Assembly: GCA_963843015.1 (NCBI GenBank)
Contig: CAWJIR010000006.1
Coordinates: forward strand, 32,763-96,762
DNA: 64,000 bases
From: an uncultured Chloroflexia bacterium
GTDB lineage: Bacteria > Chloroflexota > Limnocylindria > QHBO01
Reading direction: 5' to 3'
This document shows positions 31,185-41,462 of this stretch, in pieces; the stretch's first letter is position 1; each line of letters begins with the position of its first letter. The position numbers and the translations under genes are program-made. The notes beneath the pieces were generated by a model that saw nothing but the letters and a program-made list of their open reading frames with translations, was not told where the DNA came from and did not search any database.

Positions 31185-32272
31185 GTGACGGACCGGCTGA
31201 CCGATGACGAGGACGCCGCTGGCCGACGACGATCGGCTGAGCGGCGACGACGTGAGACTCGACGACGAGCCGGCAGATGGCGCTGCAGCGGCTCCAGCCG
31301 GAAGCGGGACCGACTGGCCCGCCTGCTGTCGGTGATCACGATCCTCTACAGCCGTGGCGGCAGGGAGCAGGGCGTGGCGGTCGACGATATCGCCCGCCTG
31401 ACGGGGATGAACAAGCGGACCGTCTACCGCGACCTGAAGGCCCTCGAGGACGAGCTCGCGGTCCCGATCTTCCAGGCCGGGCGCGGCCGCTACGGCATCG
31501 AGCGGAAGTACTTCCTGCCGCCGCTCCAGCTGACCGTGCCGGAGGGCATCGTCCTGTTCCTCGCGTCGCGCCTCATCGCCCAGTGGTCCGACGAGTCGGA
31601 CCAGGCGGTCATCAGCGCGTTCACGAAGATCGCCTCCGAGCTGCCGCAGCCCATCGCCCGCCACGTGACGGCGACCATGCTCGCGGTCGGCGAGCAGGAC
31701 TCGAACGAGCCGTTCACCGCCATCTTCAACAGCGTCGCCCGCGGCTGGGCCGAGGGCCGGGTGGTCGAGATCACCTACGAGCCGGGGACGGGCGAGCCGC
31801 GGCAGACCCGGTTTCGGCCGTACTTGCTCGAGCCGTTCGCGGCGGGCCGGAGCATCTATCTCATCGGCCATGACGAGACCGCCGGCGCGATGCGGACCTA
31901 CAAGATCGAGCGCATCCGGCAGGCCGATCCTGACCATGGACCGATACGAGATCCCCGACGACTTCGACCCGGACCAGTTCCTCGCCAACTCGTGGGGCAT
32001 CTGGTCGTCGGACACCACGCCACCGGTCGACGTCCGGCTGCGCTTCGACGCCGGCGTCGCGCGACGCGTCCGCGAGACGATCTGGCACCGGTCGCAGGTG
32101 CTGACCGAGCTGCCCGACGGGCGCGCTCGAGCTGGCCGTCCGGGTGGCCGGGATCATCGAGATCCGGCCGTGGATCCTGTCGTGGGGCGACCAGGTCGAG
32201 GTCCTGGAGCCGCCGGAGCTGCGTGACGTGGTCGCGGCCGCCCTGCGGGGAGCGGCCGGCCGCTACGACTGA
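31185..32272 (+). CDS. HTH-WYL-WCX transcriptional regulator (YafY/PafBC/DriD-like), frameshifted
   Basis: RLARLL, IARLTGMNKRTVYRDLKALE, PPLQLT, YEP...RFRPYLL, YLIG, RTYKIERI, WILSWGDQVEVLEPPELR. Confidence 0.9.
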
Positions 32273-32972
32273 GGGTCGCCCAGCGGGAAGGCGCGAGGAG
32301 GAGGGCGAGGGTCGGGCGCGCGCGGGGCTCGGCCGGGCGTCACCGGCATCCGGAGCCACGCGTCGCCGGCCACGCCGGCGCGGTGGCGGGCGGACAGCCG
32401 CCGGCCGGAGAGCCCGTCGATGCCGAGCCGGGCCAGGGCCTCGGCCACCAGCGTCCCGTCGCCCACGTAGCCATGGCCGACCGTGATCCGATCGCCGGGC
32501 GCCAGGATCGCGCTCAGCCAGTCGCGTCGGATCCGGAAGGTGCGCTTCAGGACCGATTCCCCACCGGCCCACAGCAGGTCGGCGGCGACGTACGCCGCCC
32601 GGCCGGCGCCGGGCGCACCGCCGCTCAGCCTGGCCCGCAGCAGATCGGCATCGGGCCGGCCCTCGGCGTCGAGCACGAGCAGGGTCCCGTCGAGCGGCCA
32701 CGCCGTCCTCGGCCAGCTGGCCGGAAAGCTCGAGCCAGCTCGGGGAACGCAGCGCCGGCATCGGCCAGGCCCGCGACCTGGAGCCGGACGCGGCCGCGCT
32801 CGGCGAAGGCCACCGCCCGAGCGCCCGGCCACCACGGCTCGAACAGGTAGTCGGGGTCGTCGAAGGGCGCGTCGGCGTCCGCCGGCTGCATGGGCGCGAT
32901 CCGATCCGGCAGCCGGACCGGCGGGGCGTCGGTCGGCGCGGTGGCGGGGAGGGGGAGCTGCTCGGGCGGCAC
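32263..32972 (-). CDS. LigD-like ATP-dependent ligase adenylation domain with degenerate catalytic motifs, frameshifted
   Basis: PMQP...PFDDPDYLFEPWWPGARA, LDGTLLV, AADLLW, IDGLSGRR, AWLR; no OB-fold domain. Confidence 0.75.
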
Positions 32973-32980
32973 GCGGCCGC

Positions 32981-33890
32981 TCAGGCGGTCTTGCGCCGCC
33001 GGGTCTGGGGAGCTTCCTCAGCCTCGGCCGACTTCTTCGCCCGGCTCCGCCGGGCGGGCGTCGGCGTGGACTCTTCAGCTCGCATCGGCCCCTGCCGCCG
33101 CGTCGCGTCGCGCCTCGCGGGCAGCAGCCACGCTCGCTTCGAGGGCGGCCATCAGGTCGCCGATCTTGGTCGGCTCGGTGGCCGCGATCGGCGTCGGCTC
33201 CTCGCCGGCGACCTTGGCCTCGATGACGCCCATCAGCGCCTGGCGGTAGTCGTCACGGAACTCCTCGGCGTCGAACTCGCCGGTCATGGAGGCGATGAGC
33301 TGCTCGGCCATCTTCCGCTCCGAGGGCTTGATCTCGATCCCGCTGCTGTCCACCGCCAGCTCCTCGACCGACCGGATCTCGTCGGGCCAGTGGAGGGTGG
33401 TGAGGAGCATCGACTCGGAGTACGGGTTGATCGCGGCCAGCTGCTCGCGATCCTTCATGACCACCTTGCAGATCGCGGTCTTGCCTTCGTCGGCCAGGAC
33501 CTGGCGGAGCAGGAAGAACGCCTTCTTGCCGACCGGGTCGGGCTCGAGGTAGTAGGCGCTCTTCACGAACTCGGCGCCGTGGGCCTCCTTGTCGGCGTCC
33601 ACGAACATCGCGATCTCGATGGAGCGGACCGTCTTCAGCGGCACGGCCTCGAGGTCGTCGTCGGTGACGACCACGTACCGGCCCTTGCTCCACTCGTAGC
33701 CCCGAACGGTCTCGGAGCGCGGGACGACCTCGTCGTGGAACGGGCAGTAGATCTTCATCTGGATCCGGTTCAGGCAGCTGGCGTGCAGCATGTTGAAGCC
33801 GATCCCGCTCGACTCGGTCGCGAGGTAGAGCTTGACGGGGATGGTCACCAGCCCGAACTGGATGGCCCCCCGCCACATCGCGCGTGCCAT
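32981..33890 (-). CDS. ku: Ku protein (NHEJ); basic C-terminal tail in another frame
   Basis: MWRGAIQFGLVTIPVKLY, RGYEW, YYLEP, TLHWPDEIR, FRDDYR, DLMAALEAS; tail AKKSAEAEEAPQTRRRKTA* ends at 32981 (called ORF stops at 33075). Confidence 0.95.
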
Positions 33891-33958
33891 AGGGTGGCTG
33901 AGGATACACCGGGTCCGCCAGAGCGGTCGATCAGGAGGCCCGGGCCCGGATCGGCCGG

Positions 33959-34557
33959 TTAGGACTCGACCTCCGGCGGCAGCCAGCTCCGTGCTTCCTC
34001 TTCGGGGATGAGCTCCTCGAGGGCGGAGCCGGGACCCGCGTCATCGGTCACGACCAGCAGCTCCGCGAGCCTGCGCTGGATGGCCAGCACCGGGGCGTTG
34101 CGGTCGAACCCCGCGAAGGCGCCCGAGGCGACGGCGACATCGGTCAGGGGCAGGAACGGATCGGCCACGTTCAGGACGTCCACGGCGTGGCTGCCCTGCG
34201 CGACGTGGACCTTGCCGGTGAGCCAGAACGGGGGGAGGCCGACCTGGATCTGAACCGGGCGCTTCTGGACGATGAGGTCCTCGCTCGCGGCGTCGTCCAC
34301 GCCGCTGCTGATCCCGAACAGGACCGCTTCGACCGCCACCATCACCGTCTCGCCGCTGCGCGACGGCGCCCGCGTTGGCGTACTCGGACACGGTGGCGTT
34401 GTCGACGTTGAGGTGGGTCGAGCCGCTGAGGTTGAGGATGTCGGCGACCCGGCGAAACCGGGTCGCCATCTCGCCCGCTCACCCGATAGCCCGAGGTGTA
34501 CAGCTCGACCTGCACCCGGTTGACCGGGGGACCGATCGATCCCGCGTCCCAGCCCAT
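33959..34557 (-). CDS. Hypothetical protein with two similar beta-rich repeats (DUF6812-like), frameshifted
   Basis: VELYTSGYRVSG.M...RRVADILN..STHL and IQVGLPPFWLTGKVH...HAVDVLN..DPFLPLT. Confidence 0.6.
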
Positions 34558-34566
34558 GGGCCGATC

Positions 34567-35349
34567 CTAGCGCTTGCGGGCCTTCCAGACCTCTTCGCTC
34601 GGCCACCGGCGCGCCCACTCGATGGTGCGCGATGTTCGGCCACGCGTGGTCGCGGCCGGCCGGCGGCGGTCGGATCTCGACCAGGTCCATGACCTCGAAT
34701 CCGCTGTCGCGCAGCAGCCGAATCATGTCGCCGTGCGACAGGTGGAACTCGACGCTGTCCTCGTCGGGCCATTCGAAGCGATGCATCCCGAACTGCGGAC
34801 GCAGGAGCCGATCGGTGGCCGGTCCATCAGCCTCGAGCGTCGGGCACGGCCAGCATGACCAGCACGCTGTTGCCGAGGAAGATGAGATCGCCGCCGGGCC
34901 GGAGCAGGCGCGCCGCCTCCGGGATCCAGCGATATGGATCGGCCCAGATGGCCGCGCCGTACTCGGAGATCGCCAGGTCGAAGCTGGCGTCGGGGAGCGG
35001 CACATCGCTCGGCATAGCCGAGCAGCAGCGGGAATTCGAGCCCGTGCTCCTGCTGGAGCCGCGCGGCGGTCTCGAGCTGTCGCGGGGAGTTGTCGAGCCC
35101 GGTCACCCGCGCCCCGCGGCGGGCGAGCCAGGCGGAGACGTACGCCGTCCCGCAGCCGAGCTCGATGGCGTCCTTGCCCGTCGAGGTCATCGGGCAGAAG
35201 GTGAACGCTCCGACTCGGGGACGCCCCAGATGCCCCAGCTCGGGTCGGTCGAGGCCCACGCCCGCTCGCCGCTCTCGACGTACTCGGCGTGCGTAGCCGT
35301 CCCACGCTGTCGCGGTTGCGCTGGATGTGATCGGCACGTCGTCGCTCAC
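34567..35349 (-). CDS. Class I SAM-dependent methyltransferase, frameshifted
   Basis: IELGCGTAY, VTGLDNS, LPDASFDLAISEYGA, LLRPGG. Confidence 0.85.
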
Positions 35350-35373
35350 CCGGCCAGTGTGTACGATCGGTTC

Positions 35374-37707
35374 ATGGATCCGCGGCCAACGTGCTCGGCG
35401 CCGATGCGCCCGACTTCAGCGCGGCCGAAGCCGAGGACCTGGCCCGCGCCCTCTTCGGCGTCCGGGGCGCGGCCGAGCCGCTCGTCAGCGAACGGGACCA
35501 GAACTTCCGCCTGACCGATGAGGACGGCGTCGCCTGGGTCCTGAAGATCTCGAACGCGGTCGAGGACCCGGCGGTCGTCGACATGGAGGTCGCCGCCGTC
35601 CGTCACGTGGCACGCATGGACCCTTCGCTGCCGGTGCCCGTTCCGCGCCTGGCCGAGAACGGGGAGGCCGTCGTCCAGGTGCCCGGCCGTGCCGGTGGGC
35701 AGCACCAGGTGCGGCTGATCCCGTTCCTCGCCCGGCCGCCACGTCGAGCCGAGCAGCCTGAGCCCGACCGCGCTGTGGGAGATCGGCCGGGTGACGGCGC
35801 GCCTCGGCCGAGCGCTGCGCGGCTTCTTCCATCCGGCCGCGGGCCGGGTGATCCTGTGGGACCTGAAGCACCTGGACGCGCTGCGCCCGCACCTCGACGC
35901 GGTGCACGGACCCGGCGCGTCGAGCGATGGTCGAGCGCGCGCTGGCGCGGTACGACCGCCACGTGGCGCCGGTGCTGCCGACGCTGCGCTCGCAGGTCAT
36001 CCACAACGACATGACGCTCGACAACCTGCTCGTCGACGGCGACGCGGTGGCGGGCATCCTCGACTTCGGGGACATGGCCCACACCGCGCTCGTCCTGGAC
36101 CTGCCGGCCATGCTGCAGTCGGTGCTGCGCGGCCGGACCGATCTCTTCGACGCGGCCAGCGTCGGCGATCGGCGGATTCGCGGCCGTGACGCCGTTGGAG
36201 ACCGAGGAGGCTGACCTGCTCGCCGATCTGCTCGCGGCGCGGATGGTGCAGACCGTCCTCATTTCGGTGTGGCGAACCGCGGAGTACCCGGACAACGCCT
36301 ACATCGCCGGCTGGCTGGCGCCGGCCTACGAGCTGCTCGAGCAGCTCGAGGCGGTGGGCTGGGAGGAGGCGTCACGACGGCTGGCCGGCTGCGACCAGGA
36401 GGACCGTCTCCTACCCGCCGATCCCGACCCCGGAGCTGGCGCGCGCGGCGGGCGGTGCTCGGGTCAGCCCTCTCGCCGCTGACCTACGAGCGGCCGCTCC
36501 ACCTGGTCCGGGGCGAGGGCGTGTGGCTGTTCGATGCCGACGGCAACCGGTACCTCGACGCGTACAACAACGTGCCGGTCGTGGGCCACGCCCATCCGGC
36601 CGTGGTCGAGGCCGTCGCGCGCCAGGCGGCGGCGCTCAACACGAACACCCGGTACCTCCACGAGGCGGTCGTGCTGCTCGCGGAGCGGATCGTGGCCGGC
36701 ATGCCGCCAGGCCTCGACACCGTCATGTTCGTGAACTCGGGCAGCGAGGCGAACGACCTCGCCTGGCGGCTCGCGACCGCGTACACCGGAGGGACCGGGG
36801 GGATCGTCAGCGGCTGGTCGTACCACGGGCTCACGGCGGCCATCGCCGACCTGTCCTCGTCGGAGTGGCCGCGCGGCGAGCAGCCTCGGACGATCGAGAC
36901 CATCCCGGCCCCGAACCCGTACCGCGGCCCGCACCGCGACGACCCCGACCTCGATGCCGCGAGCGCCGCCGAGCTCGATGCCGCGGTGGCGCGGCTCGCC
37001 GACCGCGACGTGCGGGCCGCGGCGCTGTACCTCGACGGGATGTTCACCGCCGATGGCATCGTCCCGCCCAGCGAGCGCTACCTCGAGCTGCTGTCTCGGC
37101 GCGAGCCCGGGCGGCCGGCGTCGTGTTCGTGGCGGACGAGGTCCAGTCCGGCCACGGGCGTTCGGGCGAGGGGCTGTGGAGCTTCGGTCCCGCGGGCATC
37201 ACCCCGGACCTCGTGACGCTGGGCAAGCCGATGGGCAACGGCCATCCCATCGCCGCGGTCGTCGCCCGTTCCGAGATCGTCGACCACTTCGCGGCCGACC
37301 ACGAGTTCTTCAGCACCTTCGGCGGCAACCCGGTCGCCTGCGCGGCGGCGCTGGCGGTGCTGGACGTCATCGAGTCCGAGGACCTGGTTGCGAACGCGCA
37401 GGCCGTCGGCGGTCACCTCACCCAGGCGATTCGGGGCCTGATGGCGACGCACCCCGCCATCGGCGACGTTCGCGGGCGCGGCCTGATGGTGGGCGTCGAC
37501 CTGGTCGAGGATCCCACGACCCGCGCCCCGGCTGGCCGCACTTGCGAAGCGGGTCATGAACCTGATGCGGGAGCGGAACGTCCTCGTCAGCACGACCGGC
37601 CGCGAGGGAACGTGCTGAAGATTCGGCCGCCACTGGTCATCACCGCCGAGCAGGCGGAGATCATCGTCGCCGCCCTGGACGAGTCGCTGGCCGCCGCCGA
37701 CGCCTAG
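35374..37707 (+). CDS. Fusion of APH/hydroxylysine-kinase-like phosphotransferase and class III PLP phospho-lyase (AGXT2L/PHYKPL-like), frameshifted
   Basis: SERDQNFRL, VLKIS, IHNDMTLDNLL, GILDFGD; then YLDAYNNVPVVGH, NTNTRYLH, FVNSGSEANDLA, ADEVQSG, TLGKPMGNG, FSTFGGNP, NVLKIRPPL. Confidence 0.85.
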
Positions 37708-37731
37708 GGCGCGCTGCGCCCGAAGCGAGGG

Positions 37732-39457
37732 CTACTCGTCTTCCAGCTTCCCGGTGGCCGCGATCCGCGCCTCGCGACCGCCGCGGCCGGTGGCGAGCAG
37801 GATGCGCCCGCTGGCCTGGGCCTCGAACAGGCCCTCCACGGTCGCGAGGTTGTCGATATCGGCCGGGGTCTTGTCGTCGCGGATCCGCACGATCCGCGGG
37901 AATCGGAGGGCGAACCCGCTCCCGTGGCGCCCGCTGCGCATGATCCGGTCGAACGCGATCTCGACCACGACCTCGGGAACGACACTCCTGAACCGGCCGA
38001 AGTCGCGCACGGTCGTCCGCTGGAAGTGCTCGGTGAAGGCGGCGATCTCGGCATCGGTCAGACCGGTGTAGGCCTTGCCGATGACCTCCAGCGAGTCGCC
38101 GTCCGGTCCGCGCACCGCGAAGGTGTAGTCCGACAGCACGCCACGGCGCTTGCCATGGCCCCACTCCACGCCGACCACCACGCAGTCGAGGGTGGCGAGC
38201 GCCTTCTTCAGCTTCAGCCAGCCCAGGCCGCGGCGCCCGGGTTGGTAGACCGATGCCGGGTCCTTGACCATCAGCCCCTCGTTGTGCCGGTCGCGGGCCT
38301 CGTCGAATCGGGCATCCACCTCGTCGGCCGAGCGAGCCCGATCCAGCCGGGCGTAGAGGAACCGGGCATCGGTCCGATCGGGCAGCGCGAGGCGTTCAAG
38401 CGCCGTCCGGCGGTCTCGAAGCGGATGCTCGAGCAGGTCCTCGCCGTCAAGGTGGAGCAGGTCGAAGGCGACGAGCACGACCGGGACCTTCTCGAGCAGC
38501 GCGGATCGGGACGGACGCGCCCGAGCCGGGTCTGGAGGGCCGCGAAGTCGAGGACCACGCCCTCCCGGAAGGGCACCAGCTCGCCGTCGAGCAGGAGGGC
38601 ATGGTCGAGGCCGGCCGTGGCGGCGGCCACCTCCGGGAACGAGACGGTGATGTCCTTCAGGTCTCGGCTGAACAGGCGCGCCCGTCCCTCCGTGCAGGTG
38701 GAGCTGGGCGCGGATGCCGTCGTACTTGTCCTCGATCCAGGCCTCGTCGCCCACCCGACGCATGACCTCGTCCGCGTCACCGACCGGCGTGGCGAGCATG
38801 GGCCGGATCGGTCGTCCGAGGTGGAGGGTTGCCTGGTCGAGTGTCCCGCGGCGAGCCATGGCGGCCGCTTCGCCGGGCTCGCCGAGGAGCATGAGCGCGC
38901 GACGGACCGAATCCTGTGGAGCATCGAAGGCGGCCGCGATCGCCTCCTCCAGCAGCCCCTCGCGCAGGCCGATGCGCAGCTCGCGGGCCGCGATCCGAGC
39001 CACGTACCGGGCCTCGGCCGGCGTCGCTCGCCGAAACAGGTCGGCCATGAGCCCAACCCGGTCGTCGGCGCTCGGGGCAGCGGCCATCGCTCGATAGCCG
39101 GCGGCCACGTCGGCGACGGTCAATGGATCGGCCGACGGCTGCTGACCGGCGAGGAGGTCGGCGGCGACGTCCCCGAAGTCCGAGTGACGGAGCCACGCGG
39201 CCGACAGCGCGGCGTCATCGGCGCCGCTGGCCGCGGCGAGGGCCGCCGCCTGCTGGACCCAGCCGAGCCCCAGCCGGTCGGCGGCACCGGGGAGTGGGGA
39301 CCCGGCCAGGAACGTGGCCGCCAACGGCAGGTCCGCGGCAGGCAGCTGCGCGCAGGTAGGTCGCCAGCCGGTCGCGCTTGGCGATCTTGGAACGCGTCGC
39401 CCCGATGTCGTCGGCGGTCGACGCGAACGCCGCGAAGGGCGAGCTGCGGGGAGGCAT
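37732..39457 (-). CDS. ligB: ATP-dependent DNA ligase (LigB type), frameshifted
   Basis: Motif I EDKYDG, III LDGEL, IIIa FDLL, IV EGLMVK, V WLKLK, OB fold GKAYTGLTD, ALRFPRIVRIRDDK. Confidence 0.92.
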
Positions 39458-39516
39458 GGCTGGAGTCTATGCGCCCGCTTGACGGGCGCCATCGGTCCCG
39501 CCACGCTTGCTCGCGC

Positions 39517-40116
39517 ATGACCTCATTCCTCCGCAACGTGCCCCCGGCGGTCGCCGAGCGGCTGCCACCGGGCCAGGTCCTGACCGAGAAGTTTCCGGTC
39601 CTCCAGTTCGGCCAGGTGCCCGCCTACCCGGACCTCGCGGGGTGGGATCTCCGGGTCTGGGGAGCGGTGAGCAACCCCATCACCCTGAGCTGGGCGGAGG
39701 TCCGCCAGCTGCCGGCCCGCCAGGTCACGCTCGACATCCACTGCGTCACCCGCTGGTCGAAGCTCGATACCGCCTGGGAGGGCGCGCCGATCAGCCACCT
39801 GGCCGAGGTCGTCGCCGTCCAGCCCGAAGCGGGGCACGTGATCTTCCACTCCGAGTACGGCTACACCGCCAACGTCCCGCTGGCGATCGCCCTCCAGCCC
39901 GACGCGCTGGTGGCCTGGAACTACGACGGCAAGCCCCTCGAGCCCGAGCATGGCTATCCCCTCCGCGCCCTGATCCCGGGTCGCTATTTCTGGAAGAGCG
40001 CGAAATGGCTGCGGGGCATCGAGTTCAGCGTCGACGATCGCCCCGGGTTCTGGGAGCGAAACGGCTACAACAACAACGCCGACCCCTGGCGCGAGGAGCG
40101 GTACTCCGATGACTGA
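39517..40116 (+). CDS. Sulfite-oxidase-like molybdopterin oxidoreductase (YuiH-like)
   Basis: LPPGQ..TEKFPVL, DIHCVTRWS, LEPEHGYPLR, YFWKSAKW, GFWERNGYNN.ADPWREERY. Confidence 0.9.
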   Translation: MTSFLRNVPPAVAERLPPGQVLTEKFPVLQFGQVPAYPDLAGWDLRVWGAVSNPITLSWAEVRQLPARQVTLDIHCVTRWSKLDTAWEGAPISHLAEVVAVQPEAGHVIFHSEYGYTANVPLAIALQPDALVAWNYDGKPLEPEHGYPLRALIPGRYFWKSAKWLRGIEFSVDDRPGFWERNGYNNNADPWREERYSDD

Positions 40117-40482
40117 CCCCTACCCGCCCGCTGCCGCCGCGCCCAGCACCCGCGCCCAGCACCGAGCAGCCACGCCGCACGGGGCCCCTGTGGCAGACCC
40201 TGGTCATCTCCTTCGTGGGGCTGACCGTGTCGGGTGCGCTCGTCGCCCTGTCGCTGTTCAGCCGCAACCTGTTCGTCCCGCTCGTCCTGGCCGCGACCCT
40301 GATCGCGGTTGCGGTCGGGATCTACGCCGCGGTCCAGGGCTGGAGGGGGTCGCAGCGGGCGGCCGCCAGCGGGGCGCAGGGTCGCGCGGCCGCCATCGCC
40401 CTCGCTGTCAGGCGTGATGCTGATCGTCAGCGCGGTGGCGATCTCGGGAGCGATCTGGATCGTCCTGCTCTTCTTCTTCTAG
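40109..40482 (+). CDS. Hypothetical small membrane protein (about 3 TM), frameshifted
   Basis: Overlaps the upstream stop; hydrophobic helices ending AIWIVLLFFF*. Confidence 0.55.
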
Positions 40483-40509
40483 GGATCGGCCTACCATTGC
40501 GGCCGCGCC

Positions 40510-40586
40510 GCCCCCATCGTCTAGAGGCCTAGGACGCCACCCTTTCAAGGTGGAGATCACCGGTTCGAATCCGGTTGGGGGCGCCA
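40510..40586 (+). tRNA. tRNA-Glu (anticodon TTC)
   Basis: GCCCCCA acceptor stem, anticodon arm ccacc-ctTTCaa-ggtgg, GGTTCGAATCC T-loop, encoded CCA. Confidence 0.97.
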
Positions 40587-40607
40587 CTCCGCCGCCCCGC
40601 CCGCTCG

Positions 40608-40787
40608 TCAGACGTGATGGATCTCCATCCGCTCGCCGCACTCGGGGCAATACAGGAGGAGGAGCGTCGGTTCCTCGCGGGACGGGCGCCAGGTGTACAC
40701 GTCGGCCTCGGTCACGATCTCCCCGCAGGTCGGACACTCCGCGCCGATCTCCAGCCATTGGCTGCGCGGCAGCGACTGGCGACTCAT
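40608..40787 (-). CDS. 59-aa zinc-ribbon microprotein (not in the ORF track)
   Basis: MSRQSLPRSQWLEIGAECPTCGEIVTEADVYTWRPSREEPTLLLLYCPECGERMEIHHV*; ATGA overlap with the upstream ORF. Confidence 0.75.
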   Translation of the reverse strand: MSRQSLPRSQWLEIGAECPTCGEIVTEADVYTWRPSREEPTLLLLYCPECGERMEIHHV

Positions 40788-41290
40788 GGCGGCGCTACTC
40801 GCCTGCGGTGGCCGGATCGGCGCAGCGTCGGACGCACGTCGGGCGCACCGTCAGCGGATCCGGCCGGAGGCGCCTCGGCCGCCTGACCCGACTCGCCGTC
40901 GTCGACCGTTGGCGGGGGACCGGGCGGCTCCCACCCGGCCATCCGAGCTCGGTGGCTCGGCGAGCGCGGCCCGCGCGGCGGCGGCGTCTTCCGGGCTGGC
41001 CAGCAGGGAGTAGCGCATGGCGTCGTAGCCCGGCCAGTGACCGACGTCGCCCGTCGCGGATCATCACCGACCGGCGGAATACGACCCCGGTCACGTCCCG
41101 CGCGGATCGGTCCAGGACCTCGAAATCGCGCCCGGTGATGTCGCGCAGGGCGGCGCGGCAGGGTCTCGACCAGGTAGGCCGGATCGGGGTTGGCGGCGAG
41201 CGCCCGGTCGAGCGCCTCGACCACCTGGGCGTCCAGCAGGTCGCGAGGCAGCGGGCGACTGATGTAGCCGCATGTTGGTGTCCCGGCTGG
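40784..41290 (-). CDS. Hypothetical protein, frameshifted, start uncertain
   Basis: Protein-like fragments YISRPLPRDLLDAQVVEALDRAL, ALRDITGRDFEVLDRSARDVTGVVFRRS, WPGYDAMRYSLLAS. Confidence 0.45.
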   Translation of the reverse strand, partial: PAGTPTCGYISRPLPRDLLDAQVVEALDRALAANPDPAYLVETLPRRPARHHRARFRGPGPIRAGRDRGRIPPVGDDPRRATSVTGRATTPCATPCWPARKTPPPRGPRSPSHRARMAGWEPPGPPPTVDDGESGQAAEAPPAGSADGAPDVRPTLRRSGHRRRVAPP

Positions 41291-41462
41291 GACCCATCAG
41301 CGTGCGCCACAGGCTGCGAACCATCGGACGGCGATTGTACCGATGCCGCCAGCCGGACGGCCGCCCGCCCATCGGTATACTGGCCGCCGCGTGAGAGCGT
41401 CCGTCCACCCGCCCGGCAGGACCGACCCGCGTCGTTGACACCCGCCTCGGAGGAACCTTCGC

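Noticed and set aside
40510-41400. Genomic island integrated at tRNA-Glu
   Set aside because: No integrase, no duplicated tRNA 3' end seen, no obvious composition shift
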